Part shown: in pieces, positions 20,041-29,156 of the stretch | How the letters are laid out: each line of letters starts with the position of its first letter | Numbering within the stretch: the first letter of the stretch is position 1 | NCBI GenBank assembly: GCA_964373065.1 | Contig: CAYJSJ010000004.1 | Coordinates: forward strand, 1-57,052 | Source: an uncultured Candidatus Peribacteria bacterium | Lineage (GTDB): Bacteria; Patescibacteriota; Gracilibacteria; Peribacterales; Peribacteraceae | Reading direction: 5' to 3' | Length of the DNA stretch: 57,052 bases | Notes under the pieces: generated by a model | The model's input: only the letters and a program-made list of their open reading frames with translations | Databases searched by the model: none | Told to the model about the DNA's origin: nothing | Made by a program: the position numbers and the translations under genes

Positions 20041-21480
20041 ATGAAAATTATTCTCAAAGCATTTGACGACGACATGGGCAAGTTCCTGACGGAGAGCATT
20101 GCAAACGGGCTTCCGATCGAAACGTGCATCTCCATCGTCGATGATCCGAATAAACTTCCCGATCTTGACGAGAAGGTTGAACACATTTTTCTGTCTGCAA
20201 AGGCGCTCCGTGCTGGGCAGTACCCGCATGTGGACTGGAATACTATTGCGCCACTCGATGAGGAACTCATCGAATCCATGCGCGATTGCGAAGCGGTGTT
20301 TTTAAAAATGGTAGGACGGTACGCAATTTACCTGGACATCCCCTATGATGAGCGCAAACGGCAGTACTTGCGGCACTTGCGGTACTGGAACCACATGCTG
20401 GATGAGAAGAAGATCGATCTCTTTGTCATGCGAGGAGCTCCGCATCAATGCTACGATCTTGTCATTTGGGATCTGTGCAAGCGCAAGGGTATCCGCACGA
20501 TAACAATCCCATATTTTTTTTTAGTAGATGCGTTCAGTGTGGGGGAGAACTGGGAAGAGGTCGGGAAGCAGATCGGCGATCGTACGGCGGAATTGCAGAA
20601 GCAATACACCGACCCGAATGTCACAGTCCCACTTTCTCCGGAATATGAGGAGTATTACTCCATATACACAAACAAGCAAAAACAGCTGTGGTACATACAG
20701 AGGACTCATCCGCATCTTACGCACAGCGTTTTTCTGGCAAAGTGGCTGCATCCGGCGTTAACTATCATGCAACGCAATCCCAGCTATTTTCTGAAGTGTG
20801 TCATCTCACCGGATTTTTGGCGACGGAAATGGCGTCATCACCAAACACGAGCATGTTACGACTCCCTGGTGGAGGAGCCCGATCTTACTGTTCCTTATAT
20901 CTACGTTCCGCTCCATATGCAGCCGGAAGCAACGACCTGCCCCATGGCCGGCGTGTATGTGGATCAGGAACTTATGGTGCAAGTGCTTGCGGCTTGCCTT
21001 CCAAAAGGTGTCAGAATTTATGTGAAGGAACATCCCAACCAAGGAGAGCTGTGGCGTGATGTTGAATTTTATCAAACATTGCATGCCATTCCTTCCGTCA
21101 CGCTTATTTCTCGCACTTTCAGTTCGTTTGAATTGACCGAACATGCTGTGGCAACGGCAACGGCAACCGGAACCGCATGTTTCGAAGGATTGTTTCGAGA
21201 GAAGCCAGCGATTATGTTCGGGCACAAATTCTTTCAATATGCTCCGGGAGTTCATCGTGTCCGCACAACCGCGGATTGTCGACGTGCCATAGAGAATATT
21301 TTTGTAAAACAACAGCGCCACACTTTGCGTGATATGCGTATTTATCTGAAAGCAATTGAGGATGTAGCGGGTGTAGGTCTACAGAAGACGTGCACGGTTC
21401 GACCACCCGAAACCAGGACGGAGCGGGCAGTGAAGATGGGAGAATATGTTCGGCAAAGGATAGAGCAAAATAATATTTAA
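20041..21480 (+). CDS. KpsC/KpsS-like ('capsule polysaccharide biosynthesis') GT-B protein, candidate CMP-ulosonic-acid transferase, paralogue 1
   Basis: 479 aa. Motifs: YIYVPLHMQPEATTCPMAG, IYVKEHPNQ (HP motif), ATATGTACFEG. It aligns along its length with 22289..23752. Confidence 0.7.
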   Translation: MKIILKAFDDDMGKFLTESIANGLPIETCISIVDDPNKLPDLDEKVEHIFLSAKALRAGQYPHVDWNTIAPLDEELIESMRDCEAVFLKMVGRYAIYLDIPYDERKRQYLRHLRYWNHMLDEKKIDLFVMRGAPHQCYDLVIWDLCKRKGIRTITIPYFFLVDAFSVGENWEEVGKQIGDRTAELQKQYTDPNVTVPLSPEYEEYYSIYTNKQKQLWYIQRTHPHLTHSVFLAKWLHPALTIMQRNPSYFLKCVISPDFWRRKWRHHQTRACYDSLVEEPDLTVPYIYVPLHMQPEATTCPMAGVYVDQELMVQVLAACLPKGVRIYVKEHPNQGELWRDVEFYQTLHAIPSVTLISRTFSSFELTEHAVATATATGTACFEGLFREKPAIMFGHKFFQYAPGVHRVRTTADCRRAIENIFVKQQRHTLRDMRIYLKAIEDVAGVGLQKTCTVRPPETRTERAVKMGEYVRQRIEQNNI

Positions 21481-21500
21481 TTGTGCACCATACGTTATTT

Positions 21501-22268
21501 TTACGGCTTACGGCACAGGTAATACATCCAGTTGTCTTCCGTAAAGTAGGGTTCGCTGAATTCCCGGCCCTGCAGATCGAAGACGCGGATGTCCGTGAAG
21601 CCAATCGATTGCAGTTGTTCCTTCTGAGCCATGGGTTTGATGTAATATTGCCGCAGATTAAGGGCATGAGCTCCTTCATTGATGATGACATGGTTCTGTG
21701 CACTGACAATTTTCCATGAAGGATTGATGGAACGTGTTTTATACCAACGCCGGAGACTCATGCACGTACGCCGCAGATTCCTGTTCCACTGAACATGGAA
21801 GAGTTTCTTGGCTCCGAAGATATTGTGTGTGGAGAAAGCAAAATACCCTCCTGGCTTAAGAAGCTTTTCAATGCCATGCAGGGTGGCCAGCCTGTCGCTG
21901 TGCGGCATGTTATCAATGCCGTTAAAACTAAAGAAGATACAGTCAAAGGGTTCGTTAAACGGAAGGTTCCTGGCGTCACATACCAGGAACTCAATGGAGG
22001 GAAACTTCTTTCTGCACTCGGCAATCATGGCCTCAGAATAATCCACGCCAACGTACGACCCGCTTCGGGGTGCAAGGTACGGCGTCGTTCGCCCCGTGCC
22101 CACACCAAGGTCAAGAACACGCATACTTTTGAAATTCAAAATATCGAAGATGACTTGCTCAGGTTTTTGCAGAGTATCCTCGCTGAACATATGCACAGCC
22201 TTTCTTTTTTCAAAAGCTTTCAGATTATGCGCGATCATATCATTGAAGGTTTCTTTACTGTCTTTCAT
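21501..22268 (-). CDS. Class I SAM-dependent methyltransferase
   Basis: 255 aa. Motifs: VLDLGVGTGRTTPYL, CIFFSFNGIDN, GGYFAFSTHN. Confidence 0.85.
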   Translation of the reverse strand: MKDSKETFNDMIAHNLKAFEKRKAVHMFSEDTLQKPEQVIFDILNFKSMRVLDLGVGTGRTTPYLAPRSGSYVGVDYSEAMIAECRKKFPSIEFLVCDARNLPFNEPFDCIFFSFNGIDNMPHSDRLATLHGIEKLLKPGGYFAFSTHNIFGAKKLFHVQWNRNLRRTCMSLRRWYKTRSINPSWKIVSAQNHVIINEGAHALNLRQYYIKPMAQKEQLQSIGFTDIRVFDLQGREFSEPYFTEDNWMYYLCRKP

Positions 22269-22288
22269 ATGGTTTCGCTATGAGAAAG

Positions 22289-23752
22289 TTACGAATGTTC
22301 TGTCAGTCGTTTCCGTAAGGCATCTGTGAATGCGTCTGTACTTTCCTTCACAGGAAGATCCGAGTAGTTGAGGTAGTACCAATCCGTTATGGAGGCATGC
22401 ATGCGAGTGTCCTCCACCGCTTTCATAAATCGTCGCACCGCTCCAGGGTCCGGCTTCACTTTCTTTCGGAACACTTCATCCATTGCCTTACTGCAATCTT
22501 CACATGTTTTGATCCAGAATACCGCTGGGGCATATTGGTAAAAGACATGACCGAACAGCAATACGGGCTTTCCTCGAAAAATACCCTCCAATCCCGCCGT
22601 ACCCGTTCCCGTGGCAACGGCACTGCAATGTTCGCGGAGTGCGAAGGTGCTGGTTTCATGCGTCACGAGACGAACATTCGGCATGGCGACAAGTTCTTTG
22701 TAGAATGCGAGGTTACGTCCTAGTATTCCGGCTTTTCGTTGCCGCGGATGTTCCTTCACATAGATCAGGACGTTGTTGGGAGCCGTGTGCGAGAGCAGAT
22801 GTATCGAAACCGTTTGATCGACGAATGCCCCCGCCATAGGACACGTGGAACATTCCGGCTGATACTGGAGAGGGAAGTAGATATAGGGCGTTTGAAGATC
22901 GGGTTCCACCGCATGATCATCGTAGAATTTTCGCAAACGGTATTGTGCCCATGTCGATTTCATCTTGTGCAATCTGCGCGCCCATTTAAGGGAGGACCAC
23001 AGAGAAGGAAGCCAATGCAGGAATGCACCCGGAGTCGCCAAGATTCTCTGGCAGTACCTCTGGAGCGGGCCCTGCGGTTTTTCGAGAAAGATAAACGGGT
23101 ATTTTCCTTCCTGACTCGTCTGCTGCTTACAGTACTCCTCCAACTTCGGTGAAAGCTTAATATCGGAGGCCGGTACCGTGCGGAGTTCCTCGAGACGATC
23201 CTTGATCTGTTCCGCCGACGCTTCAATGTCCTCCTGCAGGAATGCCGTATCCCGTATAGGGGTGGCATGGGAAAAGATTGTGCGGATTTTCTTGTGCTTG
23301 CAGAGAGCGTAGATGAGGTGGTCAGGCATCTCATGCGGCAGGGTCGACGAAAGGAGGAGGTTGATGTTCCGCCGCTCCAAAAAATCGTTCCAGAACCGCA
23401 AGTGCAGCAGGTATCGTTGTTTGCGTTCCAAATATGGGATTGTTTTCGCGTATTCCGCGCGAATCATCATGTACATAAATAATGCTTCGCAGTTCCGCAT
23501 ATCCTCAATGATCTTTTCATCGAGCGGGAGCAGCTCTGCGTGAACCGCCCCGGCGTAGAAGCCGTTGCGCAGGTCGCTTGTGTTGAACCACGGCTGGTTT
23601 TCCGCACTGAGTTTCGGATATGCATACGGTTGTGCGCTGAGATTTGCGCAAAACTCAAAGGGAAGATCCTGCATGATGCATTTCAATGCCTCATGGCAAA
23701 CGATGCCGTTCCAGCGCAGTGTGATGGCACGAAAAGGTTGTTGCATAAACAT
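22289..23752 (-). CDS. KpsC/KpsS-like GT-B protein, candidate CMP-ulosonic-acid transferase, paralogue 2
   Basis: 487 aa. Motifs: YIYFPLQYQPECSTCPMAG, IYVKEHPRQ, ATGTGTAGLEG. The start is ambiguous (M1/M3/M27). Confidence 0.7.
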   Translation of the reverse strand: MFMQQPFRAITLRWNGIVCHEALKCIMQDLPFEFCANLSAQPYAYPKLSAENQPWFNTSDLRNGFYAGAVHAELLPLDEKIIEDMRNCEALFMYMMIRAEYAKTIPYLERKQRYLLHLRFWNDFLERRNINLLLSSTLPHEMPDHLIYALCKHKKIRTIFSHATPIRDTAFLQEDIEASAEQIKDRLEELRTVPASDIKLSPKLEEYCKQQTSQEGKYPFIFLEKPQGPLQRYCQRILATPGAFLHWLPSLWSSLKWARRLHKMKSTWAQYRLRKFYDDHAVEPDLQTPYIYFPLQYQPECSTCPMAGAFVDQTVSIHLLSHTAPNNVLIYVKEHPRQRKAGILGRNLAFYKELVAMPNVRLVTHETSTFALREHCSAVATGTGTAGLEGIFRGKPVLLFGHVFYQYAPAVFWIKTCEDCSKAMDEVFRKKVKPDPGAVRRFMKAVEDTRMHASITDWYYLNYSDLPVKESTDAFTDALRKRLTEHS

Positions 23753-23833
23753 TGCAGATCTCTTGAAAAGAATACAGGCAACTCTATCGCGAGAACAGCG
23801 GTTTTTTACGTTTCTGCCCTACATGAAAGAAGT

Positions 23834-25060
23834 ATGCACGTACGGCATATCTCGCCATTTTCCATCAGTGTTTCCGTTACCTCTGGTGAGCCATACTTCC
23901 CGGAATCGGTGACGCAACTACCCGCTGTTTTAGCAGGGAAAATCCCGAATGAATGTGGTTTTACGGCTGATCTTCTATGGTATGCTCCCACACACTTTCC
24001 ATATTCTTTGTCGCGTTCACTCACCATCGACGGGGTCTTCATCGACGACACGACCGATGCGTATGTGATCGCCGAAATCGGTCACAACCATCAGGGCTCG
24101 ATAGAAAAAGCGGAAGAGTTGTTCCATGCGGCGAAGCTTGCGGGAGCTTCCGCCGTCAAATTGCAAAAGCGCGACAATAAGAACCTGTTTACGAAAGACT
24201 ATTATGACAGACCCTACGAAAACGAAAACAGCTTCGGCTCCACCTACGGTCAGCATCGGGAAGCATTGGAATTCGGACGCAAGGAGTTTGAACGGCTTAT
24301 CGCTTTGGGCAAAAAAATCGGCATCATGGTATTCTCGACGGCGTTCGACGTACCCAGTGCGGATTTTCTCGCGGAGCTCGACATGCCCGTCTATAAGATT
24401 GCATCCGGCGACCTTCGCAATACTCCGCTCATCCGTCATATCGCGAAAATCGGAAAGCCCATGATCCTAAGTACGGGTGCCGCGCTTATGGAGGACGTGC
24501 GTCGCGGGTACGAAGCGGCGCGCGAACATAACGATCAGGTCGCCGTTTTACAATGTACTGCAACCTATCCCGCGCAGGTCGAGGAGATGGATATACGAGT
24601 CATCCAAACGTACCGCGATGCTTTCCCCGAAGCCGTCATCGGGCTCTCCGCGCATGACCATGGCATCCTTATGCCTGTCGTCGCATATCTGCTCGGCGGA
24701 CGCATCATTGAGAAACATTTCACACTGGATCGTGCCATGAAAGGGACGGACCATGCGTTCTCGCTGGAACCACTAGGGCTGAAGAAGGTGGTTCGTGATT
24801 TAAAAAAGGCCCGTATCTCTCTTGGTTCCGCCGAGAAGCGCATGTTCGAATGCGAACGGTTGGCATCGGTCAAAATGGGCAAACAATTGGTTGCTTCTCG
24901 CGATCTGCCGGACGAGCACGTGGTGGTTTCGGGAGACATAGCGATCAAATCTCCGGGAGGAGGTATCCCGCCCTATGAACTCGAGATGCTGATCGGTCGA
25001 CGTCTAAAGAAAGCTCTCTCCAAAGATCATGCCTTCACAGCTGGAGATTTTTCCGCATGA
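23834..25060 (+). CDS. NeuB-family synthase of the phosphorylated-substrate type (Neu5Ac-9-P / KDN-9-P synthase-like)
   Basis: Track ORF trimmed to the ATG at 23834; the start is uncertain. Motifs: VIAEIGHNHQGS, VKLQKRDNKNLFTKDYYDRPYENENSFGSTYGQHREALEF, GLSAHDHG, EKHFTLD, DHAFSLEP, plus a SAF-like C-terminus. Confidence 0.85.
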   Translation: MHVRHISPFSISVSVTSGEPYFPESVTQLPAVLAGKIPNECGFTADLLWYAPTHFPYSLSRSLTIDGVFIDDTTDAYVIAEIGHNHQGSIEKAEELFHAAKLAGASAVKLQKRDNKNLFTKDYYDRPYENENSFGSTYGQHREALEFGRKEFERLIALGKKIGIMVFSTAFDVPSADFLAELDMPVYKIASGDLRNTPLIRHIAKIGKPMILSTGAALMEDVRRGYEAAREHNDQVAVLQCTATYPAQVEEMDIRVIQTYRDAFPEAVIGLSAHDHGILMPVVAYLLGGRIIEKHFTLDRAMKGTDHAFSLEPLGLKKVVRDLKKARISLGSAEKRMFECERLASVKMGKQLVASRDLPDEHVVVSGDIAIKSPGGGIPPYELEMLIGRRLKKALSKDHAFTAGDFSA

Positions 25061-26361
25061 GCATAATTCTCAACGTATTACCGGCCAAGCCAGCGCTAGT
25101 TGTTTTTGATTTTGACGGGGTCATGACCGACGATGCTGTCTATATCGGAGAAGATGAACGCGAATGGGTGCGTTGCGAGCGCGGTGACGGTATGGGCATC
25201 TCGGAGCTCCGTAAACACGGAATTCCGTTGCTTGTGCTCTCTACAGAGAAGAACTCTGTCGTGGCTGCGCGTTGCAAGAAGCTTTGCCTCGAATGCATGC
25301 AAGGGTGTGACGACAAAGCCGCAACATTGAAAAAAATCCTCGATGAGCGCGGTCTCCCCGCTGATCGCATCGTGTACGTTGGAAACGACATCAATGATAT
25401 CGCGTGCCTGGGCATGGTCGGATGCGGCATTGCAGTCGCCGACGCGCATCCTCGCGTCCTTGCCGTGGCGGATGCCGTGCTCACCCGACCGGGTGGCCAC
25501 GGTGCAGTGCGAGAACTCTGCGATTTGATCGTGCAGAAAACGACGGGAACAATGGCGACGACGTCCGGCATGGCGCCGCTGACACGGCAGGAGCGCTACG
25601 AGCGAAACAGAGAATACATCGAGCGCGAAGGCCTTGATCATCTGATCGATTTTCAGATCAACAATGATTTTAAGGAGGGTGTGTTCGACGCCGTCAGCGG
25701 CAGGCTTGCGACGCCATTCCCGCCGGACCCGGCGGATCTCTCTCGGCTCCATCAACTTATCCGCAAACGCATGTCCTTCACCGTCCTCGAATTCGGCGTA
25801 GGGTACTCCACGCTTGTCATCGCCGATGCACTTCGGAAAAACCAGCATGATTGGGATGGACTGAAGCACAAACCCGCGATTCGGAACCGTTTCATGTTCC
25901 AACTGTTCTCCGTCGACTCTTCCAAGTCATGGGTCAAACACGCGCAGAGATTGATACCCCAGGATCTCGCTGACCGGGTCCACCTGCATTACACCGAGGT
26001 GCACATCGGAACTCATAACGGTCAACTCTGCCATTTCTGCGATTGTCTGCCCGATATCATTCCGGATTTCATCTATTGCGACGGTCCGGGCGTGAAAGAC
26101 GTACAGGGTGAGATCCGCGGATTGAGCTTTCAATGCGACGAGCGCACCACCATGCCTGCCGACTTGCTTCTCATGGAATCCACCTTCCTTCCGGGAACAT
26201 TTATTCTTGTGGACGGCAGGACGAACAACACCCGGTTCCTGCAGCGCAATTTCACGCGGACATACATCGTGCGACACCACCGCCAGGACGACGTTACTAC
26301 GTTCGAACTCAACGAAGAGCGATTGGGGAAATACAATATTTTAGGATCGGATTTCTTTTAG
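25057..26361 (+). CDS. Fusion: KdsC-family HAD-IIIA phosphatase (ulosonate-phosphate phosphatase-like) + class I methyltransferase-like domain
   Basis: 434 aa. N-terminus: VVFDFDGVMTDD...YVGNDINDI...GGHGAVRE. C-terminus: VLEFGVGYST, FIYCDGPG, GTFILVDG. There is a 4-nt overlap with the NeuB2 stop. Confidence 0.8.
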   Translation: MSIILNVLPAKPALVVFDFDGVMTDDAVYIGEDEREWVRCERGDGMGISELRKHGIPLLVLSTEKNSVVAARCKKLCLECMQGCDDKAATLKKILDERGLPADRIVYVGNDINDIACLGMVGCGIAVADAHPRVLAVADAVLTRPGGHGAVRELCDLIVQKTTGTMATTSGMAPLTRQERYERNREYIEREGLDHLIDFQINNDFKEGVFDAVSGRLATPFPPDPADLSRLHQLIRKRMSFTVLEFGVGYSTLVIADALRKNQHDWDGLKHKPAIRNRFMFQLFSVDSSKSWVKHAQRLIPQDLADRVHLHYTEVHIGTHNGQLCHFCDCLPDIIPDFIYCDGPGVKDVQGEIRGLSFQCDERTTMPADLLLMESTFLPGTFILVDGRTNNTRFLQRNFTRTYIVRHHRQDDVTTFELNEERLGKYNILGSDFF

Positions 26362-26480
26362 CAGGACGGAGTATGCGTACCCGAGGCTGAGTAGAAATGA
26401 GCGGCAAGAAATACCGAGCGAAATTGCGGGTGGCTGCTGTCGGTTTATCCCGGATTTTGGCATGCTGGCGGTATACCACC

Positions 26481-27425
26481 ATGCAACTGACGCATAAAAC
26501 ACTGGGGCGCACCGGGCTCTCAGTTTCGGTCGTAGGACTCGGAACGGTCGAGATCGGGATGGAGTATGGCATCGGCCCAAAAGCGGTTCCCGACGAACGG
26601 ACAGCGGTCGAACTGATCAAACGCGCAGTGGACGCCGGCATTACCTTCATTGATACGGGGTTCAGTTACGGCCTCGCAGAGGAGAGAATCGGCATCTCCG
26701 GTATCCGCAAACTCCCCGGCGTCGTCATCGCGACAAAATGCGCTCAGGAACTCGAACGCGGCTGCGATCTGCGCGGGAACGAACTTCGGATGCTTATCCG
26801 AAATCAGGTGGATGAGAGTTTGCGACGCCTGCGGCAGGACTCACTCCAGCTTTTGCAATTACATTTTGCGACCAAGGAGCAGATTGAGCGCGGCGAGGTG
26901 ATTGACATCCTCCGGAAGATCAAAGAGGAAGGCAAAGCGCAGCACATCGGCATCTCGACGCGCGGAGAGGAAGCGCCGCTTGCGGCAATCGCCACCGGAT
27001 TTTTCGATACCGTGCAGATCGCCTACAGTATTCTCGATCAGCGGATGGCACCGCGGGTGCTGCCGGAAGCTTCTCGCAGCGGGGTGGGCATCATTAACCG
27101 TTCAGTTTTTCTCAAAGGCAGCCTCATTCCCGCTCGGCGAGAGCTGCTGCCGAGCGCGTTGGTTTTGCTGAAGGAACGCTCCCGTTTGGCCGAGGGAATC
27201 GCCGCCGATCTTGGTATGGACCTGCCTTCGCTCGCTCTGCGGTTTGCCCTCAGCAATCCGAACATTACCACTGCACTTATCGGAACGACGAAGTTGGAGA
27301 GACTAACGGCGGCTGCGGCTGCGATGCAGGCGGGTCCGTTGCCGGAGGATGTCGTGAAGCGACTGCATGCACTCGCCATCGATGACCCGCTGCTCGTGGA
27401 TCCCTCCAAGTGGCCGCCGGTCTGA
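26481..27425 (+). CDS. Aldo/keto reductase
   Basis: Trimmed to the ATG at 26481 (MQLTHKTLGRTGLSVSVVGLGT). ITFIDTGFSYG. A typical AKR N-terminus. Confidence 0.85.
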   Translation: MQLTHKTLGRTGLSVSVVGLGTVEIGMEYGIGPKAVPDERTAVELIKRAVDAGITFIDTGFSYGLAEERIGISGIRKLPGVVIATKCAQELERGCDLRGNELRMLIRNQVDESLRRLRQDSLQLLQLHFATKEQIERGEVIDILRKIKEEGKAQHIGISTRGEEAPLAAIATGFFDTVQIAYSILDQRMAPRVLPEASRSGVGIINRSVFLKGSLIPARRELLPSALVLLKERSRLAEGIAADLGMDLPSLALRFALSNPNITTALIGTTKLERLTAAAAAMQAGPLPEDVVKRLHALAIDDPLLVDPSKWPPV

Positions 27426-27430
27426 GACGA

Positions 27431-28237
27431 TCACTTCTTCCGCTTCTTTTCTTTCAGAAGCATCTTGTAGACCATTTCGGCGTGATGAAGATCCGATGGC
27501 ACATCGATATCCGTAGCGCTGCGGGGATCGAGTACGTACCCGTGGATATTCTTTCCCCAGATATTGTCATATTTCAGACTCTCGGGGCGCAGGACGAATC
27601 GGCGTCGAGTGATGTTGATCTGTCCATCTTGGAAGTACACGGGAAACATCCGTTGAATCTGCTGTCGCGGTTGGTCGGGACCGCGAAGACGACGGTACGC
27701 GTTGTCCATGAATGGTTGCATCGGTCCCGCCTGACCGATGTTCGGCATCTTCGGCGCTTTAAAGCGCCACATTTTGTAGGGATGATCCATGGCAGGCATG
27801 ACGCTTTTAATGCCGTCGGCACCGCTTTTTTCCATGTAACGGATCATGGCATCAATATCTTCGGAAAATCGCAGCGGACTTGTCGGATACAAATTAACAA
27901 TGAGTTCTGGCGTCCAGCCGAATTCCTCCTCGACCCACGTCACCGTATGATGGAAAAATCCGGCATCTCCGCTTTCGGACTGAGCATATTTCGCCGGGCG
28001 GGGTGCCACCAATGCTCCGTATTTACGAGCCTCGCGGGCGATTTTTTTATCTTCCGTCGATACGACAACCGCATCAACCAGTTTGGCTTTCGATGCGACT
28101 TCGATTGCCCATGCCACCAAGCTTTTGTCGCCGATTTTCAGCAGGTTTTTGTAGGGGATGCCTTGCGAGCCGCCCCGGGCGGGGATAAGTGCCAGAACCC
28201 GGACGGGTTTTCTCTTGGGATTTGAGAGCGTCATCAT
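27431..28237 (-). CDS. Acylneuraminate cytidylyltransferase family (CMP-nonulosonate synthetase) 1
   Basis: Track ORF 27431..29044 trimmed to ATGATG at 28237 (MMTLSNPK...). Motifs: ALIPARGGSQGIPYKNL, YPTSPLR. Confidence 0.85.
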   Translation of the reverse strand: MMTLSNPKRKPVRVLALIPARGGSQGIPYKNLLKIGDKSLVAWAIEVASKAKLVDAVVVSTEDKKIAREARKYGALVAPRPAKYAQSESGDAGFFHHTVTWVEEEFGWTPELIVNLYPTSPLRFSEDIDAMIRYMEKSGADGIKSVMPAMDHPYKMWRFKAPKMPNIGQAGPMQPFMDNAYRRLRGPDQPRQQIQRMFPVYFQDGQINITRRRFVLRPESLKYDNIWGKNIHGYVLDPRSATDIDVPSDLHHAEMVYKMLLKEKKRKK

Positions 28238-28273
28238 GGAAAGTGTGTACCATGCTACCATACCAGCGAACGT

Positions 28274-29080
28274 ATGAATGACTACGCACAATTCGATCTT
28301 CAAGGCACCGTAATCCTTGTTACAGGCGGTGCCGGATTCTTGGGGAAGATCTTTGGGGAAGCGCTGGCGGGGGCGGGAGGCACCGTGATTCTCGGGGATC
28401 TGAGTGAAGCTGCGGCAGTGCAAGCGGCCAAAAGCGTAGCGCCGCCTTCGGGCGGTACGGTCGCGGGCATGAATCTTGATGTTACGAAGAAACAGAGTAT
28501 CGACACAGCTATTGCAGGGATCATTGATCAGTACGGACGTTTGGATGTTGTCATCAATAACGCCGGCATCGATCCGAAATTCGATGCGACTGTTGCTGCC
28601 AATGACAAGACGTTTGAGAAGTACCCAGAGGATCATATCCGTAAGAGTCTGGAAGTGAATCTTCTGGGCGCAACGCTCGTTGCACAGGTTGCCGTGGAGT
28701 GCATGGTTGAACAAAAGGGAGGCGTCATCATCAATATTTCTTCGCTCTACGGAATGCTCGGCCCCGATCAGCGGATCTACCCGCAAGGCACACAGAAACC
28801 GGTGGATTATTCGATTGCCAAGGGGGGGCTTGTGATGCTCACGCGCTGGCTTGCGACGTCCTATGCATGCAAAGGCATTCGTGCAAACACCCTCACACTC
28901 GGAGGAGTGCTCCATGACCACCCCAAGGAATTTCAGAAAACGTACGGTAATAAAGTTCCCAACGGGAAAATGGTGGTGCCAGAAGAAGTAGGTGGCACCA
29001 TTATCTATCTTGCATCCAGTGCCTCTACTGCTATGAACGGGCACAACCTGGTTCTAGACCACGGATTTTCGGTGTGGTAA
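28274..29080 (+). CDS. Classical short-chain dehydrogenase/reductase
   Basis: 268 aa. Motifs: LVTGGAGFLGK, NNAGI, YSIAKGG (YxxxK). Confidence 0.85.
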   Translation: MNDYAQFDLQGTVILVTGGAGFLGKIFGEALAGAGGTVILGDLSEAAAVQAAKSVAPPSGGTVAGMNLDVTKKQSIDTAIAGIIDQYGRLDVVINNAGIDPKFDATVAANDKTFEKYPEDHIRKSLEVNLLGATLVAQVAVECMVEQKGGVIINISSLYGMLGPDQRIYPQGTQKPVDYSIAKGGLVMLTRWLATSYACKGIRANTLTLGGVLHDHPKEFQKTYGNKVPNGKMVVPEEVGGTIIYLASSASTAMNGHNLVLDHGFSVW

Positions 29081-29156
29081 AAGGAGTATCTTGCGAAGCA
29101 AATGGGCGTGTATGTGCGTGGCAATATTCTTGCAAACGATATGGAGGCTTAAGTGT

